Shown one piece after another: positions 1 to 12,444 of a stretch of 64,000 nucleotides of DNA (its first letter is position 1; every line of letters starts with the position of its first letter). The DNA is taken from NCBI GenBank assembly GCA_028534125.1, contig CM052818.1, forward strand, positions 3,040,001 to 3,104,000, written 5' to 3'. A program made the translations under genes and the position numbers. The notes beneath the pieces were generated by a model. It was given only the letters and a program-made list of their open reading frames with translations. It made no database searches and had not been told where the DNA came from. Origin of the DNA: Lama glama. Taxonomy: Eukaryota.

Positions 1-807
1 GACATCCCCATGACACCGGCGGCTTTCCTAGCAACAGACTGCTGATCGTTCTGCAAAAGAGAACCAGGCAGATAAGCAGTCTTTGGGGCGACCTTAGCGC
101 TTTTCATTCATTAAGGAAAGGCCACCCACTGGCCACTCTCTAATTTATTATCCTAATTAGGAAAAAGGTCCAACCCTGGCACACAATAGCCTTAAGGAAT
201 AAGCAGGGCAGGGTGAATCAATCCAACCTGCCAGGATAACAAATCCAAGAGATCAGGGTGTGGGAGAAGTTTAAACGTAACCTCCGCGGCCTAGAGGGGG
301 ATGGGCGGCCCCAGGAGCACAGGCACTGGCCAGCTGCGGGTGAGGGGAACACTCTACCGGGAACACTCTTCCTGCCGCGCCCAGTCCTAGTGCCTGGGAT
401 GCACAGGTGAGGCAGACAGCACAGCCCTGGCCCTGCCCTTGTGGAAACGGCAGTCCTTCTCAGGAAGAGGAGACTGATGTCCATGGGACTATCAGAAAAC
501 AATTCAGCTTGTGTGTAAGGAAGAATTGGGTAGAGGCCCCAGCCACACATGCCAGAAATGCGGAAAAGGGAGGGATGGGGTGGCCCGGGTTAGCCAGAGG
601 AGGTTTATGAAGGGGGAGGACTTATGCTTGGTGCTTAAGGGATCAGATAAGGACTTCCTGCAGCAAAAGAAGAGCATCTGGAGTGGAGGAAGGGGAAAAA
701 AAAGGGAGAGGAAAAGATTTCTTCATAAAATGGAGTCACTTCTAAAGAGTTGGTGGGAGTTTTCTATTTCAAGAGTTATTAATTATAGACATCTCACGCG
801 GGCCTGA

Positions 808-864
808 CTGTCTCTCTCTTTCTCTCTGTCTCTCTCTCTTTCTCTCTGTCTCTCTCTCTTTCTC
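808..864. repeat. Compound (CT)-rich tandem repeat, ~20-bp unit tgtctctctctctttctctc
   Basis: Directly visible, nearly 3 units. Confidence 0.85.
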
Positions 865-1726
865 GTGTTGACGTGGATTTGGTCCATTTAGGAAACCAGA
901 GGGCACCATTCTGTAATCAGCACTTTCAAGAGAGTAGAGTAAGACATTTGAGGTGGCTCGGAGTCATCAAAAAATTATCATTAGTCAATAAGGGTGCCTC
1001 TCCACCACTACCAGCTCATAGGCAGGTAGATCAGGTGGGAGAAGGTTGTGATTCATTCTTCCTCACACCAGAAACCAGGCTCCCTGGCAGGGTAGGACAC
1101 AGCCCCTGACTTCTCCAGAGCCCTGGACCAAGACTTTCTGGTGGGTTTGATGAGCTAGCCCAGCCCGCCCTCTCCTAAAGGCTGCTGGGACTTACTGGAA
1201 AGGGCGCAGCTCAGGAAGGAAGTGCCTCGTCAGCTCTGGGGAATTTGAGAATGAGGCATCAAAGCCAGAATCCAGTGCACTCATCGCCCACCTTCCACAG
1301 AACTTCTTTCCCTAAGTATCTCACAGGTTCAAAATGTAGGTCCCAGAAGGTTGGCCACACGGATGGGTCTCATTTCATCACCTGTTTGTTTCAGCACAGA
1401 AGTCCTGAGGCGCTGAGTGATCTGCCCAAGATCCCAAAGCTAATGCCTATCAGATGGGAGAGAGGAGAAACAGAGAAAGAATGGCCGGGGCCACCCAGGA
1501 AGCATAAATATGACTTCCCCTTGGCCTCTTGAGAGAAATTACTCATCCTCATCATCCTTTTCTCCCTAGCAGCCTTCTTCCCCGGGGCTGTCACGTGACT
1601 GTTCTCCAGCACTCTGCTCTACTCAGGGCAAGGGGCCCTAGCTCAAATCCTGCCTTAGGTGGCCACAGGTGTCTACTTTGCTCAGTTGAACAGGCCCCCA
1701 ATGTACCATCAAAATGTAAAATTGTT

Positions 1727-1836
1727 GGGTGACCAACCATCCTAGTTTGTCAGAGACTATTCCAATTTCAGCATGGAAAGTTCTGCATCCTAGGAAACCC
1801 TTCAGTCCCCAGCAAACTAGAATGGTTCCTCATCCT
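1727..1836. mobile_element. Short hAT-Blackjack-type MITE (MER94-like)
   Basis: Imperfect terminal inverted repeats gggtgaccaaccatcctagtttg ... caaactagaatggttcctcatcct; family name from memory. Confidence 0.55.
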
Positions 1837-1924
1837 CTAGTATGCCTTAAACGTGAGCAGCCTTCAAAGGATTCTCATTAAACATCTGAAGCCAAAGGGG
1901 CTTTTTGGGGGCGGGGGGGAATGT

Positions 1925-2062
1925 TTGTTTTTTACCGAAGTATAGTTAATTTACAATGTTAGTTTCAGGTGTACAGTTAAGTGATTCAATTCTACATATA
2001 CCTACATATTTTTTTCAGATACTTTTCCATTTTATGTTATTACAAGAAATTGAATATAGTTC
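1925..2062 (-). mobile_element. L1 3'-end fragment
   Basis: tatagttaatttacaatgttagtttcaggtgtacag...ccattttatgttattacaag motif; similar copies at 10255-10510 and 57025-57350. Confidence 0.7.
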
Positions 2063-2869
2063 AAAAACCAAAGGTTTTAATGTGTCTGGGAGGTACCATG
2101 GTCTATTGTTGACAAGATAAGACCCTGAAGTTGAAGTTTTAAGACCTAGGATTTTTCAGTTCCACCAGTTACAGTTTCCAGACTACGGGTCAGTTATCCA
2201 GGGTCTTCTGGGGACTCCTGCTGAGGGGTCCACACACTCCAATTTGCACACTAGCCAAATAGGGAAGGAGAAATCACTAGGGAAATGGTCATGGTAGAGG
2301 GCCAGTTGGGGCTTTGGCATGTGACACACTTAGGCCCCCTGCCTATTTTCAAGATGTCCCAATCCAGTCTGCTTCCTATGGGAAACTGTTTCCCTTTTTC
2401 CTCCCCCAATTTCCCCTCACCTATGTTCCTATAGCTCTCTGTACATCCTTTCCACACACTGTCTAGTTTTCATGAGCACATAATTATCAATTTGTCTTGT
2501 CTATTTCCCTCTAGACCTGGAGCTCAGTACCGACCACTCCTGTTCAGCACCATGTCCTTGGGGCCTAGAGAAGATCATACCAAAAAGAAGTCCTTTTAAT
2601 AAGCCCCCATTGAAAAAGAAATGGATTAGTTCAAGAAGAGGAGAAGGGCATTCTCGCTAGATCTTTAGGACACAGTGAGTGCTCCCTCTTCATATTTTTT
2701 CCTTTCTTCTTTATCTTTTTCTTTTTTTGTTTTCGATAATTGGATGCATGTGTGATCACCTCGTAGAAATCTGAGCACACAGCAGGTACAATTCTGAGCT
2801 TTTCTTCCGGAGGTTGTTCCAGGACATTTTGGTCTTTCTAGACTTTTAAGATATCATTCCTCAGGACAG

Positions 2870-4478
2870 CTGGGCAAGAAAAATAAATAAAAGGCATCCA
2901 GACTGCAAAAGAAGAAGTAAGACTATCTCTATTCGCAGATGATGTGACCTGGGGTAGAAAATCCCAAGAAACTCACTAAAAAAACTATTAGAACTAATAA
3001 ACAAGTTCAGCAAGATCACAGGACACAAGATGTATGAATATTAATTGTATTTCCACACACTTGTGATGAATAATCTGAAAATTAAATCAAGAAAACAACT
3101 CCATTCACAATAGCATCAAAAAGAATAAAATATTTTGGAATAAATTTAACAAAAGAAATACAAAACTTATACTCGATCCTGAAAACTATAAAATGGAGTT
3201 GAAAGAAATTAATGAAAATCTAAATAAATGAAAAGACATCTCATGTTTATGGATCAGGAGACTTAACGTTGGTAAGATGGCAGCACTCCCCAAACTGATC
3301 TACATATTCAACAAAAAATCCTATCAGAATCCCAGCTGGCTTCTTTATAGAAATTGGCCAGATAACTGTAAAATTCATATGGAGTTTTAAGAGACCAAGA
3401 TAGCCAAAACAATCCTGAAAAAGAACAAAGTAAGACTCACACTTTCCAATTTCAAAATTTACTGCAAAACAGCAATAATCAGGATAGTGTGATACTGTTA
3501 CAAAGACAGACACATAAATCAATGGAATAAAATTAGGAGTCTAGAAAAGAACCAGTACATATACGCTCAACTGATTTTCAACAAGGGTGCCAAGACCATT
3601 CAATGGGGAAAGAATAATTTTTTTCAACAGATGATCCTGGATAGCCACATGCAAAAGAATGAAGTGAGACTCATACTCTGCACCATAAGACAAAATTACC
3701 TTTACTGGTCATTAAGGAAATGCAAATCAAAATCACAATGAGATACCACTTAACACCCACACAAAAATGGCTATAATCCAAAAAAATGAAAAATAACAAA
3801 CATCGGTAGAGATGCAGAGAAACTGAAACTCTTGTGCATTGCTAGTGGGAATATAAAATGATGCAGCCTCTCTGAAAAACTGTTTGGTAGATCCTCAAAA
3901 AGATACATATAGAATTACCATATGACCCAGCAACTCCACCCCTGGATATATACTCAAGAGAATTAAAAACATACATCTACATAGGAACTTGTACTTGAAT
4001 GTTTATGGCAGCGTTATTCATAATAGCCAATAGGTAGAAACAACCTAAATGTCCATAAACTGATGAATGGATAAACAAAAAGTAGCATATGCATACAATG
4101 GAACATTAGTCAACCATAACAAGGAATTAAATCCTGATACATGGATGAACCCTGAAAACATTATGCTAAACGAAAGAAACCAATCATAAAAGAGCATGTA
4201 TTAAAAGATTCAATCAATATGAAAAACCAGAATAGGGATAGGGAAATCTACAGAGGCAGAAAGTACAGTTGTTTAGGGCTGGGGGGGAGGGGGGGAAGAA
4301 GAAGTGATTGCTAATGATTGCTAGTGACTTTTGAGGTGATAACATGTTCTAAAATCAACTATGGGGCTGATTGTACAAACTCTGCGTGTAAAGACTAGTG
4401 AATGTACACTTTAAATGGGTAAATTATGAAGTATGTGAATTTTATCTCTATATAGCTTTTTTTTTTTTTTCAAAATAA
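2870..4478 (+). mobile_element. 5'-truncated LINE-1 (degraded ORF2 RT/C-terminal region plus 3'UTR)
   Basis: Translates locally to QEK*IKGIQTAKEEVRLSLFADD (RT F/YADD motif); typical L1 3' motifs such as gaattaccatatgacccagcaactccac; many stops and frameshifts; internal jump near 3700. Confidence 0.9.
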
Positions 4479-5145
4479 AAGACTCCATTCCTCCCTTACA
4501 CTTCATATACCCACACAAAGCCTTGCTTTCTCCAGCTCTATGCCTGGAGGTTTTTAAAACTGGGTCAGCTCATTCCCTGACTTTGGGGAACTGATCCTTA
4601 TTTGAGACTCCTAGGCCCTTTTGACAGTTTGAAGTAATTGGCCATTTATGCACAGGGGCAAAGTACTACTTGGATAATCACTAAAGCCACAGTCTTGAAG
4701 CGCAGGAGTCTGGAGTTTGGAAAATACATCAACCAACGCAACAGCCAGGGTTCCACGAAAGGAAGCCGCAGCTTCTGATAACTGTCAAGTACATTCTTAG
4801 CACGCTGCACCCTTCTCTAGCTCCTCCTTCCCCACTTTGGCCAATTTCCTTCCCTCCCCCCTCTGCCCACCCCAACAAACTCTCCACTCGGAGGAAAGGT
4901 GAGCGTATTCCCACCATCCCCTTTCCAACCGAACTCAACTGCCTTCAGCCTCCGGCTCACAAATGACGGCCAACAACTGAACACTCTGATCTGAGTTAAA
5001 AGCTTTGTGTCGTGTGTGCTAACAAGCTGGGGGTTTTCGCCTTTTCTCTCCAGCTCAGATTACCTGGTTTCCAAGTGGGCCAACTCTGGGAGAAACCCTC
5101 CCAATCAATGCCTTCAGTTGAGGTCTAAACATCCATGCCTCTTAC

Positions 5146-5195
5146 ACCAGAGGAATAAGAAACAGACCAGAGGAATAAGAAACAGACCAGAGGAA
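5146..5195. repeat. Perfect 20-bp tandem duplication accagaggaataagaaacag x2.5
   Basis: Directly visible. Confidence 0.9.
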
Positions 5196-5826
5196 AAACC
5201 CGTTGCAACACAGTTATTACATTATTTCTTTATAACCAAGGTCTCCAGGTGAGGGGTAGGGTGGGGGATGAAAGAGTTTTGTACTTAATGAATAAGTACC
5301 TTGTAGTCCTCTTTGGCGCTACTTTAAAGAATTCCGAACACATTGCAAATGCTCTCTCAGTCTTCCATGTCTACAAGGAGGGAGCTGGAGAAGGAAAACC
5401 CATTTCACAGATCCAGAAATGAAGGCAGCAAGTAACCTGATAACTTTCCTGATCCCCAAACCAGTTCTTAGGCTACTCTGTGCACCATTAACTTATGGCC
5501 TACATTTTTCGAATATTCCTCCTAGACTCCCACTGCTTGCTTTTCCAGGCCAAACCCTAACCACTCACACATCCTTCTTCCGTGACTCCCAAACCCAGTC
5601 CATCCAGATTCTTGCTCTTTTGGAACACACAAAGTCAAGTTACTAATGATATTGTATCATGTGGATGGAGCGCTCCAGCAGAGTGGTACCCCGCCAGAGA
5701 TTAAAGTTGTGGGTTTTTGTTTGTTTTTCTTTTCTGCAGAGGGAGAATTTATCTGTTTCTTCAAGCCATTAGCCATGATATGAGGCAAAATAGCCTAGAA
5801 AATTTTTTATATAAAAGAAACACTGA

Positions 5827-5977
5827 GGGGGCGGGTATAGCTCAGTGGTAGAGTGCATGCTTAGCATGCACAAGGTCCTGGGTTCAATCCCCAGTGTCCC
5901 CATTAAAATAAATAAATAAATAAACCTAATGACCTCTACCCCACAATAGAGGGGAAAAAAATTTTTTTTTAAAGGAG
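5827..5977 (+). mobile_element. tRNA-derived camelid-type SINE (Vic-1-like)
   Basis: A box tagctcagtggtaga, B box ggttcaatccc, A-rich tail; perfect 14-bp TSD aaaagaaacactga at 5813-5826 and 5978-5991. Confidence 0.9.
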
Positions 5978-6674
5978 AAAAGAAACACTGAATCTAAACA
6001 TAAGTGGACTGTAGTTAAGCCCAAATTGAGGGACATCCTACAGTATTTACCGCCCTGTAATCTTCAAAAGTGCCAAGGTTCACCTGAAACTAACATTGTA
6101 AATTGACTACATCTCAGTAAAAAATAAGAATAGTAAGTAAGTAAATATAAGAAGGTTTTTTTAAGCGCCAAGGTCAAGAAAATAAAGGAAAGACTGAGGA
6201 AACTATTCCACACTGAAGGAGACCAAAGAGACATGACAGCCAAATGCAGTGAGTAATTCTGGACTGGATCTTTCTCCTCTAAGAAACATTACTGGGACAA
6301 CTGTCAAAACTTGGGCTCTAAGAATTTTATCATACTAAATAAAGTATTAATTTTCTTATTTTGAAAAAAAAAAAGAAAAACATAAGACTTTTAAGATAAA
6401 GGAGGAGCATCTGTCAAGCTAAGACTAAACTGAAATCCAAATCAATGGAAATGAAAAGGCATGATCAATGTAGAGTATTGGGATATTTGGTTAGCTATCT
6501 ATAAAATAAATCAGCTTAGATTTAGGTAGGGACCTTACACCATATATCAAAATCAATCCCAGACTGACTAAAGAGCTAAATGGAAAAAAAAAAATCATAT
6601 CTAATGGGATGGTTAATTTTATATGTCAACTTGACTGGGCCATGGGGTACCCAGATGTTTGGACAAACATTATT

Positions 6675-6840
6675 TTTTAAACATTTTCTTTACTTATTTT
6701 TATTTATTATTGTATTATTATATTTTTGGCAAGGGGAGGTAATTAGGTTTATTTATTTTAAATGGAGGCACTGGGGATTGAACCCAGGGCCTCATGCATG
6801 CTAAGCATGCGCTCTACCATTTGAACTATACCCTCCCCAC
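6675..6840 (-). mobile_element. tRNA-derived camelid-type SINE inserted in the MLT2 LTR
   Basis: Reverse-complement SINE body; TSD tgga(c/t)aaacattatt at 6660-6674 and 6841-6855. Confidence 0.88.
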
Positions 6841-6898
6841 TGGATAAACATTATTCTTGATGTGACTGTGAGGGTGTTTGGGGGTAAGATTAACATTT

Positions 6899-8738
6899 TT
6901 TTCAGTTTTTAGTTTTCAATGAACTTGTAAACAAAAAAGCTCCCATTTCAAAATAAAAACAAAATCCCAGATCATATAGATGTTTACAGTGATTACATTT
7001 ATCTAAGCAACATACATACATGTTCAGTTGTAAGATGTTAACTAAATTTCCGTGACAAATATGCTTTTTTTTTAAATACCAAGAACATTATAGAGTTAAT
7101 GCAGAGTCCTAAGGATAATCTAGTAGTCACTAAATTTTTCTTAAGTCTTCACTTTAGATGCTGTTATTTCTAGCACAGGTAAGCAGGTAGAGTATTTCAT
7201 ATGCTCAAACACTGGAATCTTTGGTTGCTACCATATCAGCTGGCTTGCAAACAAGAAGCCAACCATTTTAAGAATGTTTTAAGTGAACAACTTGCAAACC
7301 CCAGGATGGATAAACTCTAAGAACACACAATTGTGAGCATTTACAACCATCACAACTGTGGCTGAAGACTGTTCATGCCGTTCTTCTGAAAGGAGATCTC
7401 AAAGCAGTATAGTTCAAAACAAAAGATTTTAACAAAAAAATTGGCATATGCACAATTTCTCCACCAATTTGTGTGTCAACCATTTAGTTTACTTTTCCAC
7501 TTGAAAAAATGCAATAGAAAACCGGACACCATGTTTCACTATCTCAGTTAGTATTCACAATTACAGCGGCTACAACTCGGGACACAGCATCGCCAATGCC
7601 GCCCAGAGCCAGTTTATACTGAAATTAAGTTCTTTACGCCAAATAAATGGTTGTCCACAACCACTGGCTAGTGTACATATGAACTAAAATTTCTAGATTT
7701 GGGGAGAAACAAATGCTGCTCCGATCATCTGCTCTGCTGCTTCTGTTCCTCGATTCATGCTTGGAAGCCTGTGGGCGTTTGGGCCTGCTGACCCCGCCCA
7801 CTTGAAGAGGCTGCCTGCTGTGCTCTTTCTGCTTTAACATTGTCCAGTCAAATGTGTAGTCATGTTGGTGGTTCAGGGTCCTGAAAAGAATGCGGAATAG
7901 CTGCCTCAGGTACATGTAATCCGGGGCTTCCTCAAAGCGCAGCCCGCGACAATAGTTTAAGTACATGGCAAATTCTGCAGGAAACCCCTTACATAAAACT
8001 TCAACAGATGTGGACATCTTCTTTTCGCTAATTTTTTCATATTTTTGCTTCTTTGTTTCAGCCTTTAGTCCTTGCCATGACAGGCTGGTTCTACTGAAAT
8101 ACATCAAAACATATCCTAGTGACTCCATGTCATCTCGGCAACTCTGTTCAATACCAAGATGTGCACTGATACTAACATATCGAGCAGTGCCAGTGAGATT
8201 TTTATCTTCTCTATAAGGTATGTGTTGCCTAGTCCTGTTGTCTCTGTACTTTTTGGCCAAACCAAAATCAATAAGGAATAACTTATTACAGTGACGCCCA
8301 ATACCCGTTAGGAAGTTATCTGGTTTAATGTCTCTGTGTATAAAATTCTTTGTATGCACGTATTCAATTCTACTGATCATCTGGTCAGCTAACATAAGTA
8401 CAGTTTTCATTGTGAACCTTCTTGAACAGAAATTGAAGAGGTCTTTGAGGCTGGGTCCAAGAAGATCCATGACTAGCACATTGGAGTCTTTTTCCTGACC
8501 ATACCACCGTATGTGGGGGATGCCGACCCCACCTTGAAGAATCGTATAGAGTTTGCTCTCGTACAGCAACTGAGGATGCCTGGCCTTCTGAGATTCTAGC
8601 TTCACTGCCACTTCCTGCAGGGGAAAGAGGGGATGATGGCATCAACATCCCTATGGATTCAATGTCACTTGGGAAAGGAGGCGGAGACATTAGTAAAGAT
8701 CCTACTCACGACTAGAAGGTGGAAGCGAGAGGCTGGGC
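6899..8738 (-). pseudogene. CSNK1A1: Casein kinase I alpha retrocopy (processed pseudogene; exon 2 onward plus 3'UTR, exon 1 missing)
   Basis: Intronless ORF 8614-7634 with [20 protein letters not shown] motifs; no Gly-rich loop or native start; 1-nt deletion near 7824; ancestral stop changed to CAA at 7761-7763; ~850 nt 3'UTR; T-run remnant of poly(A); 13-bp TSD aagattaacattt at 6886-6898 and 8739-8751. Confidence 0.95.
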
Positions 8739-10254
8739 AAGATTAACATTTAAACTGGTAGACTGAGTAAAGCAGATTGCCTTCCCCCATGTGGACAGGC
8801 CTCATCCAATCAGTTCAAGGCCTGAATAGAACAAAATATTGACCCTCCCCCCAGCAAGAGGGAACTCTCCTGCCTGACAGATCTTTGACCTGGAACATTG
8901 GCTCTTCCTGGTTCTACAGGAGTCTGCCGGCCTTCAGACTCAAACTGGAACACCAGAGTTAGAGATTTTGGGCTTACCAACCTCCATAATCATGGAGACC
9001 AATTCCTTACAATAAACCTCTCTCTCTCTCTCATTCTATTCTAGTCATTCTATTCATTCTGCTTCTCTGGAGAACCCGGATACAAAAGAACACTCCCAAG
9101 GGAAAAAAAGGTACAGGAGATTTATAAACCTCAGGTTTAGAAGAGACTTTCCAGCCTTGAAAAATGACGGTATGAGGGACCTTCTGACAGAAATCTCAAA
9201 CCTCACCCCAAATCGTGCCTCAGAATTCTCTGGGGCCCTGACCCACTCTCAGGGATCCGAATTAATCTGTGACAATGCTAAGGCACTGATATTTTTTTTG
9301 AAGCTTCCCAGTGATTCTCATACATAGTCAGGTTGAGAACCAACAAGTAAGGAAAAAGACTATGTAACTATGTAAAATGAACTACATAAAATGTAGTGCC
9401 TGGAAGACTTCCAGGTTTCAGATAGCAGACTAAAGGCATTCCTTTCTCCCTCTCCTCTCAGAAATCACCTTAAAACAGTAAGAATGGAAAAACAGAAATA
9501 CAGACTCCACTTCTGAGGAAATTAAGAGCCATCTGTAACCTACAGCATAAGAGAGCAGGTGGAAGAAGATGCTTGATGAGGCAGAGGGGAAATGTACCTA
9601 CCTGAAGAAAGGGTGCCAACTAGAAGCAAGGTATTTTCTAAGCAGGACTCTTAAAATGCTCAGAAACTGGAGGCACCTGGTACCACACAGAATGGGGAAT
9701 AAACTGTGGAGCTAAATCAGAGAAGTTGGCTGAAAGTCCATAAATGGAACGCTTTAAGCCTGTACTGATCCCTTCCTCGGGCAGCGAACAGATGATGGAC
9801 CTTCCCCACCTCCAGGAAGTTTAGTCTCTAGAGAAAGTGAACCGGACAGACCCCAGGCCCCTGGTACCTCCAGGAAAGAGTGGATGAAATGCAGAGCCCA
9901 AACCAGGGGCTGATCCAAAATCTGCACATCGAACCATGGCACCTTGCCCTTGCTGGACTGCCAGAGGGCTACAACCTGACTTATAACCTCAGGCAGGGGA
10001 CTAACTGCTTGGCAAAGTGTCTAACCTGGGATATTGAAATGTGAGGAACATGTGCTCTTTGACAGAAATGTGGTTCAGGAGAAAGACAAGAATCTGTACA
10101 ACTTTCCCCATGAAGCTTTAGGCACAGTAGAATGAACTCCTTTCCTTGCATGATGAGAGAGGAAGTCTCCAACCAACTTGTTAAGGAGAGTTTATCTGCT
10201 GGGACAACTGTCAACACAGACACAACTGGCCTTTTGGGAAGAAAATGCCTTCTT

Positions 10255-10510
10255 TGTTTTTTAATTGAAGCATAGTTGATTTGTAATGTGTTAATTTCTG
10301 GTGTACAGCATAGTGACTTTTATATATATATATATATATATAAGAATATGAAATATATATATATTCCTTTTCATATTCTTTTTCATTATAGGCTATTCCA
10401 AAGTATTGAATATAGTTCCCTGTGCTATACAGTAAGATCTTGTTGTTTATCTATTTCATATATGGTAGTCAGTGTCTGCAAATCCTGAACTCTCAATTTA
10501 TCCCTCTACC
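10255..10510 (-). mobile_element. L1 3'-end fragment with (TA)n
   Basis: aattgaagcatagttgatttgtaatgtgttaatttctggtgtacagcatagtga...agttccctgtgctatacagta. Confidence 0.75.
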
Positions 10511-11504
10511 CTAGCCCTTTTTAAGTTTTAAATATTCCTGTGTCCAGGAAGGAAAATGAGTCATCAAAAGGGCTCATCTCGATCTTAGGATAAAGTACCA
10601 GGAGCCTCGAAGCCCTGCCGTGCTCTGCCCCTTCGGTCCATCTTTCACCCCTGTGACTCTCCCAGACTCCCGCTCCAGCCAGACTGAAATCCTTTCAGCC
10701 CTTCCCACATCCCAAGCTCTCTCCTGCCTCCTGGCTTTCATCCCTCTCTTCTCCGTCCCTGGAACCATCTCTCCACCCCTACTTCCTACTTTTTCAAAAT
10801 GGTCCAGAAGTAAAGATGAACTTTGGCTCCTGTGGTAGAATGTAGAGAAAATTTAAGTGATGGTTCTCAGAAAGTAGAACTTTGCATGTCTAATTTCTAC
10901 AAATCATTCATGTCAGCCACTGAGAAACTTTGTCTTCTCTCCCTCACCCCTCAGAGTGCCTTCCCTGCAGTAACTCCCAGCAGCTTCTCATCGTGCAAGG
11001 AAAGGTTCTCCTCCCACGGCACCTGAGGTGTCATGAGGAAGCTGGTGAAGGCACTTGTCTCTCTCCCTGAACTGTGAGTACCGCTGTGCTCTACATACGT
11101 GTAAGGAGATGTAAGGAAATGGAAAAAGGGCGTGGAGCAACTGCTCAGGCTGGAGCCAATGGAGTTATCCACCTCAGAGAGTTCTGGGGGCTGTATCAGA
11201 AACACTGGTAAAAGTCCCAAGACTGATGGCCCATCTCACTGAATGGATCCACAGAAGCAGTTTCAAAGATGGGTGTGGCCCCATAAAGACAGGGGGAGGG
11301 AACTCTGAGGGTCTGGTTCACTGTGGGCCTCACTAGTAAGCCCTGGGATTCAGTGAGACCAAAAGCAACAGACAGTGAGTGGCAGGCTCCAATCACTAAG
11401 GAACTCAGTACTCCATCGCTGATTTTATTTTCATCATCTCTTTTTTACAATTCAGATTTTTTTTTAATTTTTCAACAAGTATTACTTTGAGGGAGGTGAT
11501 TTTT

Positions 11505-11965
11505 TTAAATTGTTCTTGTGATAAAATACACATAGCATAAAATTTATAATTTTAACCATTTCACATCAGACAACTCAGTGGCATTTAATATCTTCACAAT
11601 GTTGTGTATTACCATTATCTAGTTCCAAAACATTTTCATTATTCCAAAAGGAAATCTCATAATTACTTATTAAGCAGCTACTTCTCAGTCACCAGTCCTC
11701 TCAACCCTTGGCAATCAAGTAATCTGTTTTCTGTCTCCATGAATGTGCCCAGTCTGAACTTAAATTATATATAAATGGAATCATACAATATGAGGCCTTC
11801 TGTGTCTGGCTTCTTTCACTTAGCATATTTTCTAGGTTCATCCAAGTTGTAGCATATATCAGTACTTGATTCTTTTTTATGGCTGAATAATATTCCATTT
11901 TATGGATATACCCCATTCTGTTTATCTGTTTATCAGCTGATGGACACTGGGCTGCTTCCAACAAG
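11505..11965 (-). mobile_element. Older L1M 3' fragment
   Basis: Minus-strand ORF MEYYSAIKKNQVLIYATTWMNLENMLSERSQTQK is the typical L1 3' signature. Confidence 0.85.
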
Positions 11966-12280
11966 TATTACTTTTGCAATCAGAAAAAAACCAATAAAGT
12001 TTACATTGTTGTTTTGTTTTGTTTTATTTGAGCTACCAAATGTCCTCTATCCAGGAGACAGATGGAAGCTCATGTTCTTTCTTCACCCACTGACCAAAGG
12101 CAAATGTTCTACTGTCTCAATCCTATGGCTCCTGGGTTTTGTCTGTTTTATTCTCAGTTTAGATTTTTTTTCAATGTTTCTGAAACATGAATTCATCTTA
12201 TAATCTGTTTACTTTTATGATAGTGTTTCTTTTTCCTTTCTGTAAAGGAAGCTATGTCATCAATTTGAATAGCTAGTATT

Positions 12281-12444
12281 CTATTTCATCAATTCAAAAA
12301 CACCACCAATGGTAAGACACAGTATTATTTTATGTACCACTAAGAATATAAAAACAATAGCAAGTAAACTATGATAGTGCTTTTTACTCCCCCAATTTCA
12401 GAGATGATAAAAAATTTTTTTAATCTTAGAATTGATGAAATGTG
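12281..12444. mobile_element. Tc2/Mariner-type MITE (MER104-like)
   Basis: Perfect 13-bp inverted ends atttcatcaattc / gaattgatgaaat about 160 bp apart. Confidence 0.65.

Larger units (their letters stand above)
6605..9083 (+). mobile_element. MLT2-type (ERVL) solo LTR split by a SINE and the CSNK1A1 retrocopy; LTR parts 6605-6674, 6841-6898, 8739-9083
   Basis: gatggttaattttatatgtcaacttgactgggcc start; continuation gattaacatttaaactggtagactgagtaaagcagattgcc; end ctctggagaacccggataca; collinear with the intact copy at 15249-15679. Confidence 0.85.

Noticed and set aside
5827..5905. tRNA-like sequences here and at 6760, 23915, 51085, 53555, 53925, 54350, 55090
   Set aside because: They have A/B boxes but also shared non-tRNA tails, A-rich ends, TSDs and divergence among copies, so they are SINEs rather than tRNA genes
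7634..8611. 325-aa ORF as a functional stand-alone CK1alpha
   Set aside because: It starts at GTG, lacks the Gly-rich loop, has an in-frame stop 10 codons upstream of the acceptor, and has a frameshifted C-terminus; the 325-aa length matching a real isoform is coincidence
8739..9083. MLT2 LTR driving antisense CSNK1A1 RNA
   Set aside because: Most of the LTR, probably including its TSS, lies downstream of the insertion on the + strand and would transcribe away from the retrocopy
9405..9960. Possible old L1 5'UTR fragment
   Set aside because: Only a vague resemblance; cannot be supported without a Dfam search
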